A stretch of DNA of 43,934 nucleotides from an uncultured virus (IMG/VR IMGVR_UViG_3300011547_000001) (IMGVR_UViG_3300011547_000001), one strand, 5' to 3'; positions 7,786-17,400 are shown, counted from the stretch's first letter. Translations and numbers: made by a program. The notes: generated by a model from the sequence alone, not told the origin.

Positions 7786-9456
7786 TTAGCTCAGGCGTTG
7801 AGCGCTCAGTTTGCTACCCAGCAGAACAGTCGACAGAGTTGCCAGGATCTTCGCCGTCTTCAGACCGCCACGAAGCGCGGTGATGGTGGCGTATGCCGTG
7901 TCATAGATCCCGAGTTCTTCCGGAGTACCTTTCTCGCCAGTGGTGAGGTCGGTAACTTCCAGAGTACCCACTTCTGGATCGAAAACCTCAGCAGCATCTT
8001 CACCGCCCATGAGGTGAGTGGTTGGAGCGAAGGTCATATGGAGGATCGCATTGACAATGTCGAACTCGACTTTATCCGTCTCACCCTTAACCGAATCATT
8101 AAGCTCCTTACGGAAAGCTTCGCCAGCCCGGATAAGACCGAGTCCCACACCTGGCAGGATACCGTTGGTCAGCGCACTGGCCACAGCGCGATCGACGTCC
8201 ACGTAACGGTCCATGCGTTCGCCTTGCTCAGCGTCAGTCTCGCCACCCACCAGCACGGTGACCAGCTCGGATTTGAGACTACGGATGCGCGCCTGCTGAT
8301 ACTTGACCCGCGGGCTGTTCATCTCGCCCATGTCGGCACTGGCGATGGATTCTTCGATGCCTTTGATGCGCTCAGCAACACGCGCCCTGGCTGCCTCGTC
8401 CATATCCATGATCAGAGAACGACCAGTACCGATAACCAGATTCGCCTTGGTCGGCTGCTCCGGTGTAGGGTCTTGCAGGACGTCGATCAGGTTGGTGTAG
8501 GTCTTGGTCCCCAGGATCGTTGCGATATCACCCATGAGGGCAGTACCGACCGAACCACCGAAGTTGGTCTGCGCGACGATGATGCGGTTGTACAGACCCA
8601 GGGTCTTGTTGTTGAGACCGGCGATGACGCTGTTCACCTCGTGGTCCACGCCACGCACGATCAGCAGGATGTGAGGAAGACCTTTGGTAGGATCACAGCC
8701 CTTGTAGACACGCGCCGCGAAGCTTTCCAGGATGTCAGAGATCTCGGAAGGTTTTGCCGACCGCAGTAGTTCGTCTACCACGATCGGGTAGAACTCATTG
8801 ACGTTGGTACGACCGCCGTTACGATCCGCCGCGTAACCCGGGTTGCTGAGTTCCATTTTCATGGTCAGACCGGCAGTGCGCTGGACGATGTCATGGTCGC
8901 TGACCGATTTGCGGAACTCGATGTAGGGGAAGCCGTTCGACTCGCGGTAGATGGTGGTGATGGTTTTGGTCAGAGGCTCGTCGTTGTTGGATGAGGTCAG
9001 AGCCAGGTGGTACAGCTCTGGACTTTCCGGTGTGATACGGATGGTCTGCTCGCCGAGATGGTGGATGATGCGACCGACGTACTTCTCGATGAGTGCGTGG
9101 TTGCGGAAGCCAGGGAACTGGTCGAAGATCTTGTGCAGCAGCGCCGTGAGCATGGTGGTGGTGGTGGTGCCATCACCACAGTCCACATCGGTCTTGATGG
9201 CCGCTTCGGTCATGAGACGGCCAACGATCTCGTGAATAGGGTGAGTGAACTTCAGGCTACGTGCAACGGTCACGCCGTCCTTGGTAACCTTGTAGGCATT
9301 TCCGCCGTCGGAGATCAGAACGAGCCGACCGTTAGGACCCATGGTGGAAGTTACCGACTTGTCGATAACGTCGATGGCGTACTTAACAGCACTGTGTACG
9401 TCGTCTCCGTGCGCGATGAAATTTTCGGAACTGGTGCGCATATCGGGGTTCATCAT
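7786..9456 (-). CDS. groEL: Phage GroEL-like chaperonin
   Basis: 556 aa with TMGPNG, TKDGVTVA, GDGTTT, VGGET and GILPGVG motifs; no GGM tail. Confidence 0.95.
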   Translation of the reverse strand: MMNPDMRTSSENFIAHGDDVHSAVKYAIDVIDKSVTSTMGPNGRLVLISDGGNAYKVTKDGVTVARSLKFTHPIHEIVGRLMTEAAIKTDVDCGDGTTTTTMLTALLHKIFDQFPGFRNHALIEKYVGRIIHHLGEQTIRITPESPELYHLALTSSNNDEPLTKTITTIYRESNGFPYIEFRKSVSDHDIVQRTAGLTMKMELSNPGYAADRNGGRTNVNEFYPIVVDELLRSAKPSEISDILESFAARVYKGCDPTKGLPHILLIVRGVDHEVNSVIAGLNNKTLGLYNRIIVAQTNFGGSVGTALMGDIATILGTKTYTNLIDVLQDPTPEQPTKANLVIGTGRSLIMDMDEAARARVAERIKGIEESIASADMGEMNSPRVKYQQARIRSLKSELVTVLVGGETDAEQGERMDRYVDVDRAVASALTNGILPGVGLGLIRAGEAFRKELNDSVKGETDKVEFDIVNAILHMTFAPTTHLMGGEDAAEVFDPEVGTLEVTDLTTGEKGTPEELGIYDTAYATITALRGGLKTAKILATLSTVLLGSKLSAQRLS

Positions 9457-9492
9457 TTACTTCTCCAGATAAAAAGGATGTCGTGTTACAAC

Positions 9493-9510
9493 CTAGTGAT
9501 ATAGGTTTCA
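9493..9510 (-). promoter_or_regulatory. Early promoter P2
   Basis: Minus strand TGAAACCTATATCACTAG. Confidence 0.75.
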
Positions 9511-9626
9511 AAAACTCTCAGTGCTTGACTTCACCAAAGAACGAAATGAAAATGCAGACACATAGTAATACACCGAGAGCTTTTAATAAATCACGTACAA
9601 CGCGTCTAGGAGCGCGTTTCTTGGGT

Positions 9627-10295
9627 TTAAGGTCCATCGAGGTCTAACTCCCGGTTAAAGAACTTACGCAGCTCCTGGATAGCTCGTACGGCCTTGTCGA
9701 GGCCCTTACCAAAACCCTCCAGAGCTTTGATTGTTTTCTGACGTTGTTTGTCGTGTTTGGACGGGGAGCCGTCATCATTTACCCACAGCGCATCAACCCA
9801 CCAGTGGATAGTACGATGACAATCAGCAATGGCAAAATGCCCACTACCGAACTTGTCGAGTTTGTAGGTCACATGGCCGGTGTAATGACTGCCTTCTTCA
9901 TTGAGCCAGGTGCGATCAGTCAACTCATTGTCAGCGAGCTTCTTGATACGTTTCTTGTACTCAGCTAAGAAGGTGTCGAGTTTTGAACGAGCCAGTAGGA
10001 GCTTCTCTTCCATCTTCACCAGCCCTACATCGGTAGTCGCATTGTGGAGGTGAATGCGGGTGTTCCCTACCCCCAGATTGAAATGCCCGGTCCAGTGATA
10101 GTTGTAAAGGGTCGACGTGTCTTTCTTTTTCTTACGTTTCTTCTTTTCTTCGTCGGTGAGGTATTCCGGATGGGCCTCCACACTGAACGCATAGTCGAAG
10201 AACGAAATGTCATTCCTCCAGGTAGAGGGCAAAAAATCACGGCCCAGTACTAGCAAGTTTTCAAACGTTATGCTTCCCTTTTCCCTTAGGTCCAT
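9627..10295 (-). CDS. Hypothetical protein with an apparent internal duplication
   Basis: GHFNLGVGNTRIHLH versus GHFAIADCHRTIHWW. Confidence 0.8.
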   Translation of the reverse strand: MDLREKGSITFENLLVLGRDFLPSTWRNDISFFDYAFSVEAHPEYLTDEEKKKRKKKKDTSTLYNYHWTGHFNLGVGNTRIHLHNATTDVGLVKMEEKLLLARSKLDTFLAEYKKRIKKLADNELTDRTWLNEEGSHYTGHVTYKLDKFGSGHFAIADCHRTIHWWVDALWVNDDGSPSKHDKQRQKTIKALEGFGKGLDKAVRAIQELRKFFNRELDLDGP

Positions 10296-10304
10296 AATTC
10301 CCCC

Positions 10305-10347
10305 AAACAAATAAAGATCCCCTAGCCTAGGCGAACCTAGGCAGGGG
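10305..10347 (-). terminator. Rho-independent terminator
   Basis: cccct.gcctagg-cgaa-cctaggcagggg (UUCG loop on the minus strand) with a U-rich tail. Confidence 0.8.
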
Positions 10348-10355
10348 CATACAAC

Positions 10356-10628
10356 TTACTCGGCGATACGTTGGAGGATGAACTTCCCGTCACGCCGCGT
10401 GAAGTGGTAGTCGGTGAAAGCCTGGGGTGGCTCGATCACGACTTCCAGCTTCTTGCCGAGATTGAACACCGACTTCACGTAACCGCCCACGCTCAGATAC
10501 TCGATACTCGGGTTATGGTTGACGACTTCGATAAACCCTTTCTCTTTGAGCTGAGCCTGGAGTTGCTTGAAGGCGTCAAGACCCAACTTCTGGTGGATCT
10601 TGATCTTCTGGGTTTTAGCTTCAGTCAT
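10356..10628 (-). CDS. Hypothetical protein
   Basis: 90-aa ORF with an AAGGA RBS. Confidence 0.8.
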   Translation of the reverse strand: MTEAKTQKIKIHQKLGLDAFKQLQAQLKEKGFIEVVNHNPSIEYLSVGGYVKSVFNLGKKLEVVIEPPQAFTDYHFTRRDGKFILQRIAE

Positions 10629-10643
10629 TGCATTTTCCTTGTG

Positions 10644-11197
10644 CTAGAGGCCGAATGCCGGGATCAAAATTACCGAGATAATGGCAACCGCAATAGAAAG
10701 CACAGAAAGGCCGACAAAATCGCTGTCTGCTTCTTCCCAGGTAATGCGCCGCATAACCGGTACTTCGCGGGTTTTCCATGGGAAGAAAGATTTCACTTCC
10801 CGAACCTTGTCTCCGTCCTGAACGTACCAGAGGTGGCGGAGTACCTTACAGACGATGGCCACAGCGATCATGGCGAACAATTTGCCGAAGATCTTGATCA
10901 GGATGATCGCAACCGTCAGCAGGCCCGCCGGAGTGGTAATGAAGTTGTTCACTTCCACGCCCAGGTTCTTTGCAGCAAGGCCGATGGCCGTGGCAACTTC
11001 CGTTGCGATACCGGCGTACGCAGAGATCTTTTCAGCATCCGGGATCGGGGTGGCCTTCGCAGACTCTTGAGCTTTGAGGCACTCCAGCTCCAGCTGCTTC
11101 CGAGCCACGTCGGTGATATCACCACCGGTGATGGTGCAACCCGCCCAGCTCGACAAGCTGAACAACGACAGCATTACAACGNNNNNNNNNNTTTCAT
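10644..11197 (-). CDS. Membrane protein with an N-terminal signal peptide
   Basis: Start probably ATG 11197 across the N gap (AAGGA RBS); several TM segments. Confidence 0.8.
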
Positions 11198-11207
11198 TAA
11201 CAATTCC

Positions 11208-11435
11208 TTATGAGAGATTACTGAGGCGGTGCATGAAGATGAGCAACATCCCGCCGAGGTAGAAGAAACAGATGACGGTCCAAAACACGAACCGTTTGTC
11301 AGCGTCTACCCAAGCTTGGTTGTTCTCAGACGACCCAATGTGGATAAACGCGTGGTACGTCTTTCCACGTGCCATATAAAGCTGTACCCAGATAAACATC
11401 ATGAGAACAGCGATCAACAAAGTTATCACGTCCAC
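11208..11435 (-). CDS. Small two-TM membrane protein
   Basis: TAAGGAGG RBS before GTG 11435. Confidence 0.75.
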   Translation of the reverse strand: MDVITLLIAVLMMFIWVQLYMARGKTYHAFIHIGSSENNQAWVDADKRFVFWTVICFFYLGGMLLIFMHRLSNLS

Positions 11436-11446
11436 GTCATGCCTCC

Positions 11447-11701
11447 TTAGGCAGGTTGCTTGAGCAATGCCGGGTTCCACGGAATGCGACCTTCGAGCAT
11501 CTTCTCGCGCTCTGTGAGTTCGCTGATGGGTTTACGTCCTTCCATGCTCCGCCATTTCTCATCCAGTTTCTCCATGTGGAGTTCAAGCCACATCGGTGCG
11601 TTGGGGCGTTTAACGACCCTTGGGGGATGGTGGTGGAGTTCCCAGGCGGTGGTTCCCTCCATGATCTTGGTACCGTCTTTGTAACGGATGAACTTTGCCA
11701 T
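11447..11701 (-). CDS. Hypothetical protein
   Basis: 84 aa; TAATG coupling. Confidence 0.8.
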   Translation of the reverse strand: MAKFIRYKDGTKIMEGTTAWELHHHPPRVVKRPNAPMWLELHMEKLDEKWRSMEGRKPISELTEREKMLEGRIPWNPALLKQPA

Positions 11702-11940
11702 TAAACGTGTCCTTGTAGGGCGCTACCGAGGTTCATGGAGAGCAAGAGCCACATGGCCAAGGTAGCGATATTGAACGCGACGTTGTCGCAGGTGTGGAAG
11801 ATCTGACCTGCGCGGGTGCTGTAGCGGGTGCAAAGCCACAGGTAGATCTTGGGACTCCAAACGATGGTCCACGGCATCATGATCGCTGCAATAGCCAGCA
11901 TGGTGTACGTGTAAATCGAGATGAAATCAAAACCCGTCAT
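11701..11940 (-). CDS. Small two-TM membrane protein
   Basis: 79 aa with a GGAGG RBS. Confidence 0.75.
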   Translation of the reverse strand: MTGFDFISIYTYTMLAIAAIMMPWTIVWSPKIYLWLCTRYSTRAGQIFHTCDNVAFNIATLAMWLLLSMNLGSALQGHV

Positions 11941-12604
11941 CGAAACCCCTCCGCTGCATGATTACCGAACGGTCGTACTCATCATTGAGCAGACGCGCTT
12001 GGTGTTGTGGTTCTTCGACACACTCGGGGCAAATGTGCAGCGTGAGTTCTTCCCGAGTCGCATCACCTTTGTCGACCGGGATGTACTTCAACAGCTCGCC
12101 AGGACGAAACTCCTGACCGCAGTCGCTGCACTCCATGGTCCCTTCGAGCGGCGCTGGCTCATCGTGGCATGCAGGGCCAACGCCCGGGTCCAGTACTTCG
12201 ATATCGCCCTGAGCTTCTTCCTGCTGCTTGTCAGCGTCGATCTGGAGGCGTTCCAGGTGGATGTCGCCTACCAGACAGCCGGGGCACAGTTCGAGCTGTG
12301 CTTCTTCTTCGCTCAGTCCCTCGCGGTCGTAGGGAACGTAACGCTGGATCAGACCACGGGGGAAGTAGTTCTTGCAGTCAGAACAGCAGACTGCTTCTTT
12401 TGCTCGCTTGATCAGGTATTGCTCGTAGCACTCGCCGCAGTACAACGTAACCTGCAGATTGTCTTCGCTATCTTTGATAGACGAGTAGCCATGAGCCTGC
12501 TGACCAAAACGGAGGTGTCCGCAGTCACCGGCTTCCTTGAAGAAACCGCGACTCTTGAAGCCAGCACACAGTTTGGTCAACCCGTGACCGTGCCATTCAC
12601 CCAT
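11927..12604 (-). CDS. Zinc-ribbon repeat protein
   Basis: Two CSDC-x3-F...Y(V/I)P...CPxC units plus CGH/CGEC. Confidence 0.85.
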   Translation of the reverse strand: MGEWHGHGLTKLCAGFKSRGFFKEAGDCGHLRFGQQAHGYSSIKDSEDNLQVTLYCGECYEQYLIKRAKEAVCCSDCKNYFPRGLIQRYVPYDREGLSEEEAQLELCPGCLVGDIHLERLQIDADKQQEEAQGDIEVLDPGVGPACHDEPAPLEGTMECSDCGQEFRPGELLKYIPVDKGDATREELTLHICPECVEEPQHQARLLNDEYDRSVIMQRRGFDDGF

Positions 12605-12620
12605 TTTAAATCTCCACATG

Positions 12621-12661
12621 AAAACGCAAGGAACCCAGACTATAAGTTAGGCCCCCTGGCG
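12621..12661 (-). terminator. Possible terminator
   Basis: Imperfect hairpin cgccaggggcct.../...gggttccttgcg followed by TTTT on the minus strand. Confidence 0.5.
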
Positions 12662-12672
12662 ATAAAAGTTTG

Positions 12673-13248
12673 CTAGTACGCGGGCCAGATATCTGTACCG
12701 GTCACTACGATTTTCTGGATACCGTTGGAGTAACGACCACCGTTAATGCGGCCCTTCTCGTATACTGTGAACGTCCATTTCTCTCGTTCAAGTTCCGGTG
12801 GTTCTTCATCGTCATCATCCGGTTCTTCATCCGGACCATGGATGTCGTACCATTCTTGATCGCGGATGTCATCCAGCTCACGGCTGTGGGCATCACTCTC
12901 CAAACGGAGAAGGTGGCGAGGCATGCCCTGGCAGGAAGCACAGAGCCACAGCTTGGCATCTTCTTGCTCGCTTGGAGAGCCGTCGAGGAAATACGGGATA
13001 TAACGATGCAGCGTATTGCGTGGGAACTCGTTGCCACAGTCGCTACATTCGATGGGCTCAGTCTTGCGATGAGCGAGGAACGCTTCGTAGCAGGGTTTGC
13101 ACTTCAGGTAGCGTTCTTCACCGAAGCTGTCGGCCTCACCCGAATAGCCGTAAGCCACGTCACCTTTCTTCAGGTGCTTGCAATAGCCACCTTCATCGGG
13201 TTCTTCACCGACTACCTGCGGATTTACACCGTGTACGTACCAGTTCAT
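12673..13248 (-). CDS. Zinc-ribbon protein, paralog of 11927-12604
   Basis: CKH, CKPC and CSDCGNEF...YIP...CASC motifs with an acidic tract. Confidence 0.85.
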   Translation of the reverse strand: MNWYVHGVNPQVVGEEPDEGGYCKHLKKGDVAYGYSGEADSFGEERYLKCKPCYEAFLAHRKTEPIECSDCGNEFPRNTLHRYIPYFLDGSPSEQEDAKLWLCASCQGMPRHLLRLESDAHSRELDDIRDQEWYDIHGPDEEPDDDDEEPPELEREKWTFTVYEKGRINGGRYSNGIQKIVVTGTDIWPAY

Positions 13249-13913
13249 TTGGCTTTCCTCCCGTTCTTTTCCATGAACTCTGCGATCTGATTGGCCGCGG
13301 TCATACCGCGTTCGTCAGCATAGTTCCAGGCCAAGTCCAGCCATTCTCCTGGAACGTTGTCGTAGAACTCACCCTCTTTGTCCGCATAACTTTTGAGGAG
13401 ATGCGCACACTGATCGAGGACTGCGCTCATCCTTGGGTTAATCGCCGCTGTCCCATCTTGACGAGCGTCGTCCCAGTTCTGAAGCATCTTCACATACGCA
13501 TGCGGGTCTTCGCAGAGGCCCAGGTAGGTGAAACTCGCCGCTGGCAGGGAAGGCGACTTGTCTACCATCCGACAGAGACCCCCCACGACCACGTCATTCA
13601 GACGCTTTCCGAGCTTATCGTTGAAGGCGTCTTCAGCAAACTCGTTACCAACGAGTTCACGATAGAGATCGAAAGGAGCACCGTCATCTACGATTTCGGT
13701 TATCTCGAACTTGGTGCCCGCCTGGAAGATGTACATCATCCCTAGACTCACATTTTTCACGAGCCCAGGCTGTGGTTCGTAACGATCATCTTTATTGAAG
13801 ATGACGTCCATACCGATGAAGTGTCCAGTCAGCTCATGAATCATGACCTTGATCATGGGCTTAGGCACACCCACCGGTGAATAGATCAAGACCTTCCTTT
13901 TATCGTTGCTCAT
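13245..13913 (-). CDS. Hypothetical protein
   Basis: 222 aa; ATGA coupling. Confidence 0.8.
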   Translation of the reverse strand: MSNDKRKVLIYSPVGVPKPMIKVMIHELTGHFIGMDVIFNKDDRYEPQPGLVKNVSLGMMYIFQAGTKFEITEIVDDGAPFDLYRELVGNEFAEDAFNDKLGKRLNDVVVGGLCRMVDKSPSLPAASFTYLGLCEDPHAYVKMLQNWDDARQDGTAAINPRMSAVLDQCAHLLKSYADKEGEFYDNVPGEWLDLAWNYADERGMTAANQIAEFMEKNGRKAK

Positions 13914-14111
13914 TTACTGCCCCTCGAATGCTGCTTCGTAAATGCCGAGCATGTTGCCCTTCTTGCTGAAGATGTACGCGTACTGATTTTGTGCAACAGT
14001 GCGGACATAATGCTCAACGGTTTTATTACGGGGATTGATCCGAGCGTAAACGATCTCCGCCCCTTCTGGGAGTTTAGGCGGTGTTACGTCGTAAGCATTT
14101 TCAAATGCCAT
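13914..14111 (-). CDS. Hypothetical protein
   Basis: 65 aa with a GGAG RBS; first gene after P3. Confidence 0.75.
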   Translation of the reverse strand: MAFENAYDVTPPKLPEGAEIVYARINPRNKTVEHYVRTVAQNQYAYIFSKKGNMLGIYEAAFEGQ

Positions 14112-14122
14112 GGTATTTCTCC

Positions 14123-14158
14123 AAAAGAAAAAGCTAGAAGGATGTTACTCCTTCTAGC
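14123..14158 (-). terminator. Terminator-like hairpin directly downstream of P3
   Basis: gctagaagga-(6)-tccttctagc followed by TTTTTCTTTT. Confidence 0.75.
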
Positions 14159-14176
14159 CTAGTGATATAGGTTCGT
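14159..14176 (-). promoter_or_regulatory. Early promoter P3
   Basis: Minus strand ACGAACCTATATCACTAG. Confidence 0.75.
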
Positions 14177-14183
14177 CTTTTGT

Positions 14184-14666
14184 TTAGAAGGTGTACGAGA
14201 CGCGCGTAAAAGAGGTCACCTGTTGCATAGCTGGTGACGGAGAAAGTGCGCAATCTTTGAACACCGCCTTATCGGCGAACCCGGCATCTGAATCTTCGAT
14301 AAGTTGGCTAATACCAATCTCCAGCTTATCACCCACCATGTACAGGTAGAGGACTTCAATTCCTATCATGTACGTGGCGACCCCTTTATCAAAACCAACC
14401 GATTCAGGGGGTACCCAGGTATACGTACGGCCGATCTTGGTAATGACCTTGGAAGGCATGATGGTGAATTGCTCCTCCAGGTCCTCCATGTCGATCTCGT
14501 GGAACTTTTCTGGGTCAGCCGTGTAGCCGTACTGCTTGCAGGTGAGGGTGCGGCCGTCGTCTGCTTGGGCGACATTCATGAACATGCACATAAAGGCCAA
14601 CGCAGCCGCGGCAGCGAAAACAGCAACCGTCAGTTGCGCCAGAGTAGTGGTGAAAATCCGTTTCAT
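14184..14666 (-). CDS. Exported/periplasmic protein
   Basis: Signal-like N-terminus ending AQA; Cys pair (LTC ... VFKDC). Confidence 0.8.
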   Translation of the reverse strand: MKRIFTTTLAQLTVAVFAAAAALAFMCMFMNVAQADDGRTLTCKQYGYTADPEKFHEIDMEDLEEQFTIMPSKVITKIGRTYTWVPPESVGFDKGVATYMIGIEVLYLYMVGDKLEIGISQLIEDSDAGFADKAVFKDCALSPSPAMQQVTSFTRVSYTF

Positions 14667-15220
14667 TTATTGGCTCCTTTGAAGATTTCGTTGGCAGGGG
14701 TGTTCTCGATGTGAACAATATGGTTTTGCAGCAACTTAATCAGGTCATCGACTTTCCCGAAGAAGTTCTTTTGTGCCATTGGGGATTCTTCATAATTGTA
14801 CTTGATCTCCAGATCGTAAGCGCCCTCGGTGAAGATTTGCAGGTTGTAGGACTTGGGGGCACGAACGCAGTGAACCATGACCGGAACTTCGGTGCACAGT
14901 ACGCGGTTGAAGATATCACCTACGCCGTTCTCAACAGGCTTGGCCAGCGAGTTCTTTACGAAGCGCTTCAGCTCTTCGAAGATACCGATCAGCTCCAACA
15001 GGTCGCCGACGTATTCGTCGAGTTGTTTCTTGACTATCTCGTGCTGAGTGGTAACAGGGTAAAGCCTTACGCGGCGGCGCAGCTTGCCCATGGTGCCGAA
15101 CTCAGCGGCTACTACAAATTCTACTTCCCCGTTAGTGGTGCGAATGCCGATAGAGTTGTTAACAACATTACGGGCGGTGTGAACGTCGGAGAGTTTTACG
15201 TGTTTGAACAGAAGGGCCAT
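14663..15220 (-). CDS. Hypothetical protein
   Basis: GGAG RBS before ATG 15220. Confidence 0.8.
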   Translation of the reverse strand: MALLFKHVKLSDVHTARNVVNNSIGIRTTNGEVEFVVAAEFGTMGKLRRRVRLYPVTTQHEIVKKQLDEYVGDLLELIGIFEELKRFVKNSLAKPVENGVGDIFNRVLCTEVPVMVHCVRAPKSYNLQIFTEGAYDLEIKYNYEESPMAQKNFFGKVDDLIKLLQNHIVHIENTPANEIFKGANK

Positions 15221-15262
15221 GATGTAACTCCAATATTTCAAAAGGCATAGTGCCTTTACGGT

Positions 15263-15298
15263 AAAAGGAAACCCACCTCCTCCCATGAAGAGGTGGGG
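15263..15298 (-). terminator. Rho-independent terminator
   Basis: cccacctc...gaggtggg hairpin followed by TTTCCTTTT. Confidence 0.7.
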
Positions 15299-15304
15299 TA
15301 CTAC

Positions 15305-15589
15305 TCAGTGCAGTACGGCGGGTCGTGCTGCGTTGTAAAACTCACGGAGAGAGCGCAATGCCTTCACCCGCGTTTCCCAGCACTCCACGCCGAACCCGAG
15401 GGCGGCGGATACATGCACGTAATCTGCATTGAAGCCCTTGCGTTTCATCGTGTCGTAAACCAGCTTCGCTGGGTGTTCCTTGGACTTGCTAGGATTGACG
15501 TTGAGGAGTTTGAACAACTCACGCGACTCCTTCATCCAATCCTGTCTTGCCTGTTTAGCTTCTTCCGTCACCATCATCCTTGTCCCCAT
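15305..15589 (-). CDS. Hypothetical protein
   Basis: ORF MGTRMMVTEE...; start uncertain. Confidence 0.65.
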   Translation of the reverse strand: MGTRMMVTEEAKQARQDWMKESRELFKLLNVNPSKSKEHPAKLVYDTMKRKGFNADYVHVSAALGFGVECWETRVKALRSLREFYNAARPAVLH

Positions 15590-16565
15590 TGCTACCCCCA
15601 GTAGGAATGAACTTGCGTTGATTACTGTCGATCGTTTCGGGCGTGTCATCGCCAAACAGATCACGAACTTGTTGTTGCGAAACCGCGATACCCTCATCCA
15701 CCAGGGCAATCACGGTATTGAACGCTTCTTTACGAGCTGTGAAAGAAGACGCGTCCAGACCGATTGCCCGACGAGTAAGCCACGGTGCATGCGTCAAGAT
15801 ACGTTTCCCCGATGGTGCGAGAATGATCAGGCGCTCGATCCGGCTAATGAACTGCTCGTTGTTGAGGATCATGGAATTGAGCCCCAACTTGGTTGCGAGT
15901 TTGTTTACTTCCTCGAACCATTCAGCCGGCGTCTTGATATCGGGTTCTTCCTGCTTTACCAGAACTGCTGCAGAACGACATTCGAGGACACGCTCGCTGA
16001 GATCGGTCAGACCCTCAGTGTAGCTATACGTGAGAGAGTCACGTTTGGCTTGATGGATGATGGGTTCCATAGGAGCGCCCTGGACTTCCAGCATGGACAC
16101 GTAGAGCATTGCACCCATCATCTCGGCATCTTCCTCGGAGAGGCCGAAGTTCTTAATCTGCCACTTGACCCATTCCGCATTGACGATCTTGGTGCGACTG
16201 ACGGGGTCCTCGTTGATCAACGACGGCATGGCGTGGATATTTGGCTTGGGTTTCTCGTAGCCAGGGTAGGTACCGTTGGCCATGGCCAGTTGACGCGACA
16301 GCCAACGCATGCGCTGTTGAATCGCCGTCATGAAAGCGATCTTCGGCACATGGTCGGTGGAACCATCCAGCTGACCCACCAGTATTGCCGCCTCTTCATC
16401 CATCGAGCGGTTGTATTGCATGAATCCGTAGTTGGCGAGTTCATCGGAAGTCCAGTCTGCCATCGGCAGTTCGTCGAAAGGACGATCGCAGTAACGAGCG
16501 AACGGATCTTCCTTCCCTTCTTCGAGCCAACGGAAGCCAGGAGCAGGTTTCTTTTCAGTGGACAT
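15555..16565 (-). CDS. Hypothetical protein with an internal WxxW module
   Basis: 336 aa containing PSLINEDPVSRTKIVNAEWVKWQIKNFGLSEEDAEMMG. Confidence 0.85.
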   Translation of the reverse strand: MSTEKKPAPGFRWLEEGKEDPFARYCDRPFDELPMADWTSDELANYGFMQYNRSMDEEAAILVGQLDGSTDHVPKIAFMTAIQQRMRWLSRQLAMANGTYPGYEKPKPNIHAMPSLINEDPVSRTKIVNAEWVKWQIKNFGLSEEDAEMMGAMLYVSMLEVQGAPMEPIIHQAKRDSLTYSYTEGLTDLSERVLECRSAAVLVKQEEPDIKTPAEWFEEVNKLATKLGLNSMILNNEQFISRIERLIILAPSGKRILTHAPWLTRRAIGLDASSFTARKEAFNTVIALVDEGIAVSQQQVRDLFGDDTPETIDSNQRKFIPTGGSNGDKDDGDGRS

Positions 16566-16767
16566 AAATCACCTTCAAGTAAGTTTCAACAAAGATAACC
16601 GTAAACGCGATCAACGTAATAATGAACATCACCAGAAAGAAAGTTGCTTCAATGGTGGTAGTCCGTTGTTGAAAGTCATGATCGCGACGGTCGAGAACCC
16701 TGGTCGTGTAATACAACCCAACCAGGTAAAGCAAAGCGGCCAGGTAGGCAAAGAAAACGTAGATCAT
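16555..16767 (-). CDS. Small two-TM membrane protein
   Basis: 70-aa hydrophobic ORF immediately after P4. Confidence 0.7.
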   Translation of the reverse strand: MIYVFFAYLAALLYLVGLYYTTRVLDRRDHDFQQRTTTIEATFFLVMFIITLIAFTVIFVETYLKVIYVH

Positions 16768-16775
16768 GTTCTGCC

Positions 16776-16793
16776 CTAATGATGTAGGCGTGA
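16776..16793 (-). promoter_or_regulatory. Early promoter P4
   Basis: Minus strand TCACGCCTACATCATTAG. Confidence 0.6.
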
Positions 16794-16806
16794 AAAGACC
16801 CAGAAG

Positions 16807-17319
16807 TTAATGAACGACCCCAATAGGTTTACCTTCCCGTATTCCGTTCAACACCCCCGGACAATCTTCGTTACCCGTGAATACGAACCCAAGCGATTCG
16901 TAGAACTTCAAGGCACGTTTATTGTCGTCGTAGCAGAACACGGAAACGCCGTTGTAGGGATCGCGGTTAATAACCGACATGACCATCAGCGAACCAAAGC
17001 CCGTGCTACGGCATTCTTCAACGATAAACAAACTAGCAATCTCGTTAGGGTTGCCGTAGTCCATAGCCAGGAATCCAATGATCCGACCAGTCCCGAAATT
17101 GGTCAAGATGTACAGATCACTGATCGTGATCAAGAACTCTTCGGCCAAGGCGAAATCTTCGTCGTCATAATGAAGCTCTGGATCGGAGAACTGGTTCTCG
17201 TACTTCATCAGTTCGATGTAAAGGGCGATCACTTGCTCACGCTGTTCCGGGAACAGGTCTTCTGGTTTTACAAACTGTCCTGAACAACCCTTGCTCATGT
17301 CTATCGCAGCAAGTCCCAT
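16807..17319 (-). CDS. GNAT family N-acetyltransferase
   Basis: IASLFIVEECRSTGFGSLM (acetyl-CoA motif A) and NKRALKFYESLGF (motif B). Confidence 0.9.
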   Translation of the reverse strand: MGLAAIDMSKGCSGQFVKPEDLFPEQREQVIALYIELMKYENQFSDPELHYDDEDFALAEEFLITISDLYILTNFGTGRIIGFLAMDYGNPNEIASLFIVEECRSTGFGSLMVMSVINRDPYNGVSVFCYDDNKRALKFYESLGFVFTGNEDCPGVLNGIREGKPIGVVH

Positions 17320-17346
17320 GTTGATCTTCCCATAATTAAAATGCGT

Positions 17347-17379
17347 TAAAAACAGAGCAGAGGCGAACCCCTGCCCTGT
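17347..17379 (-). terminator. Rho-independent terminator
   Basis: Minus strand acagggcagggg-ttcg-cctctgctctgt followed by TTT. Confidence 0.75.
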
Positions 17380-17400
17380 ATAGTGATTGTGCCGTAGTGC

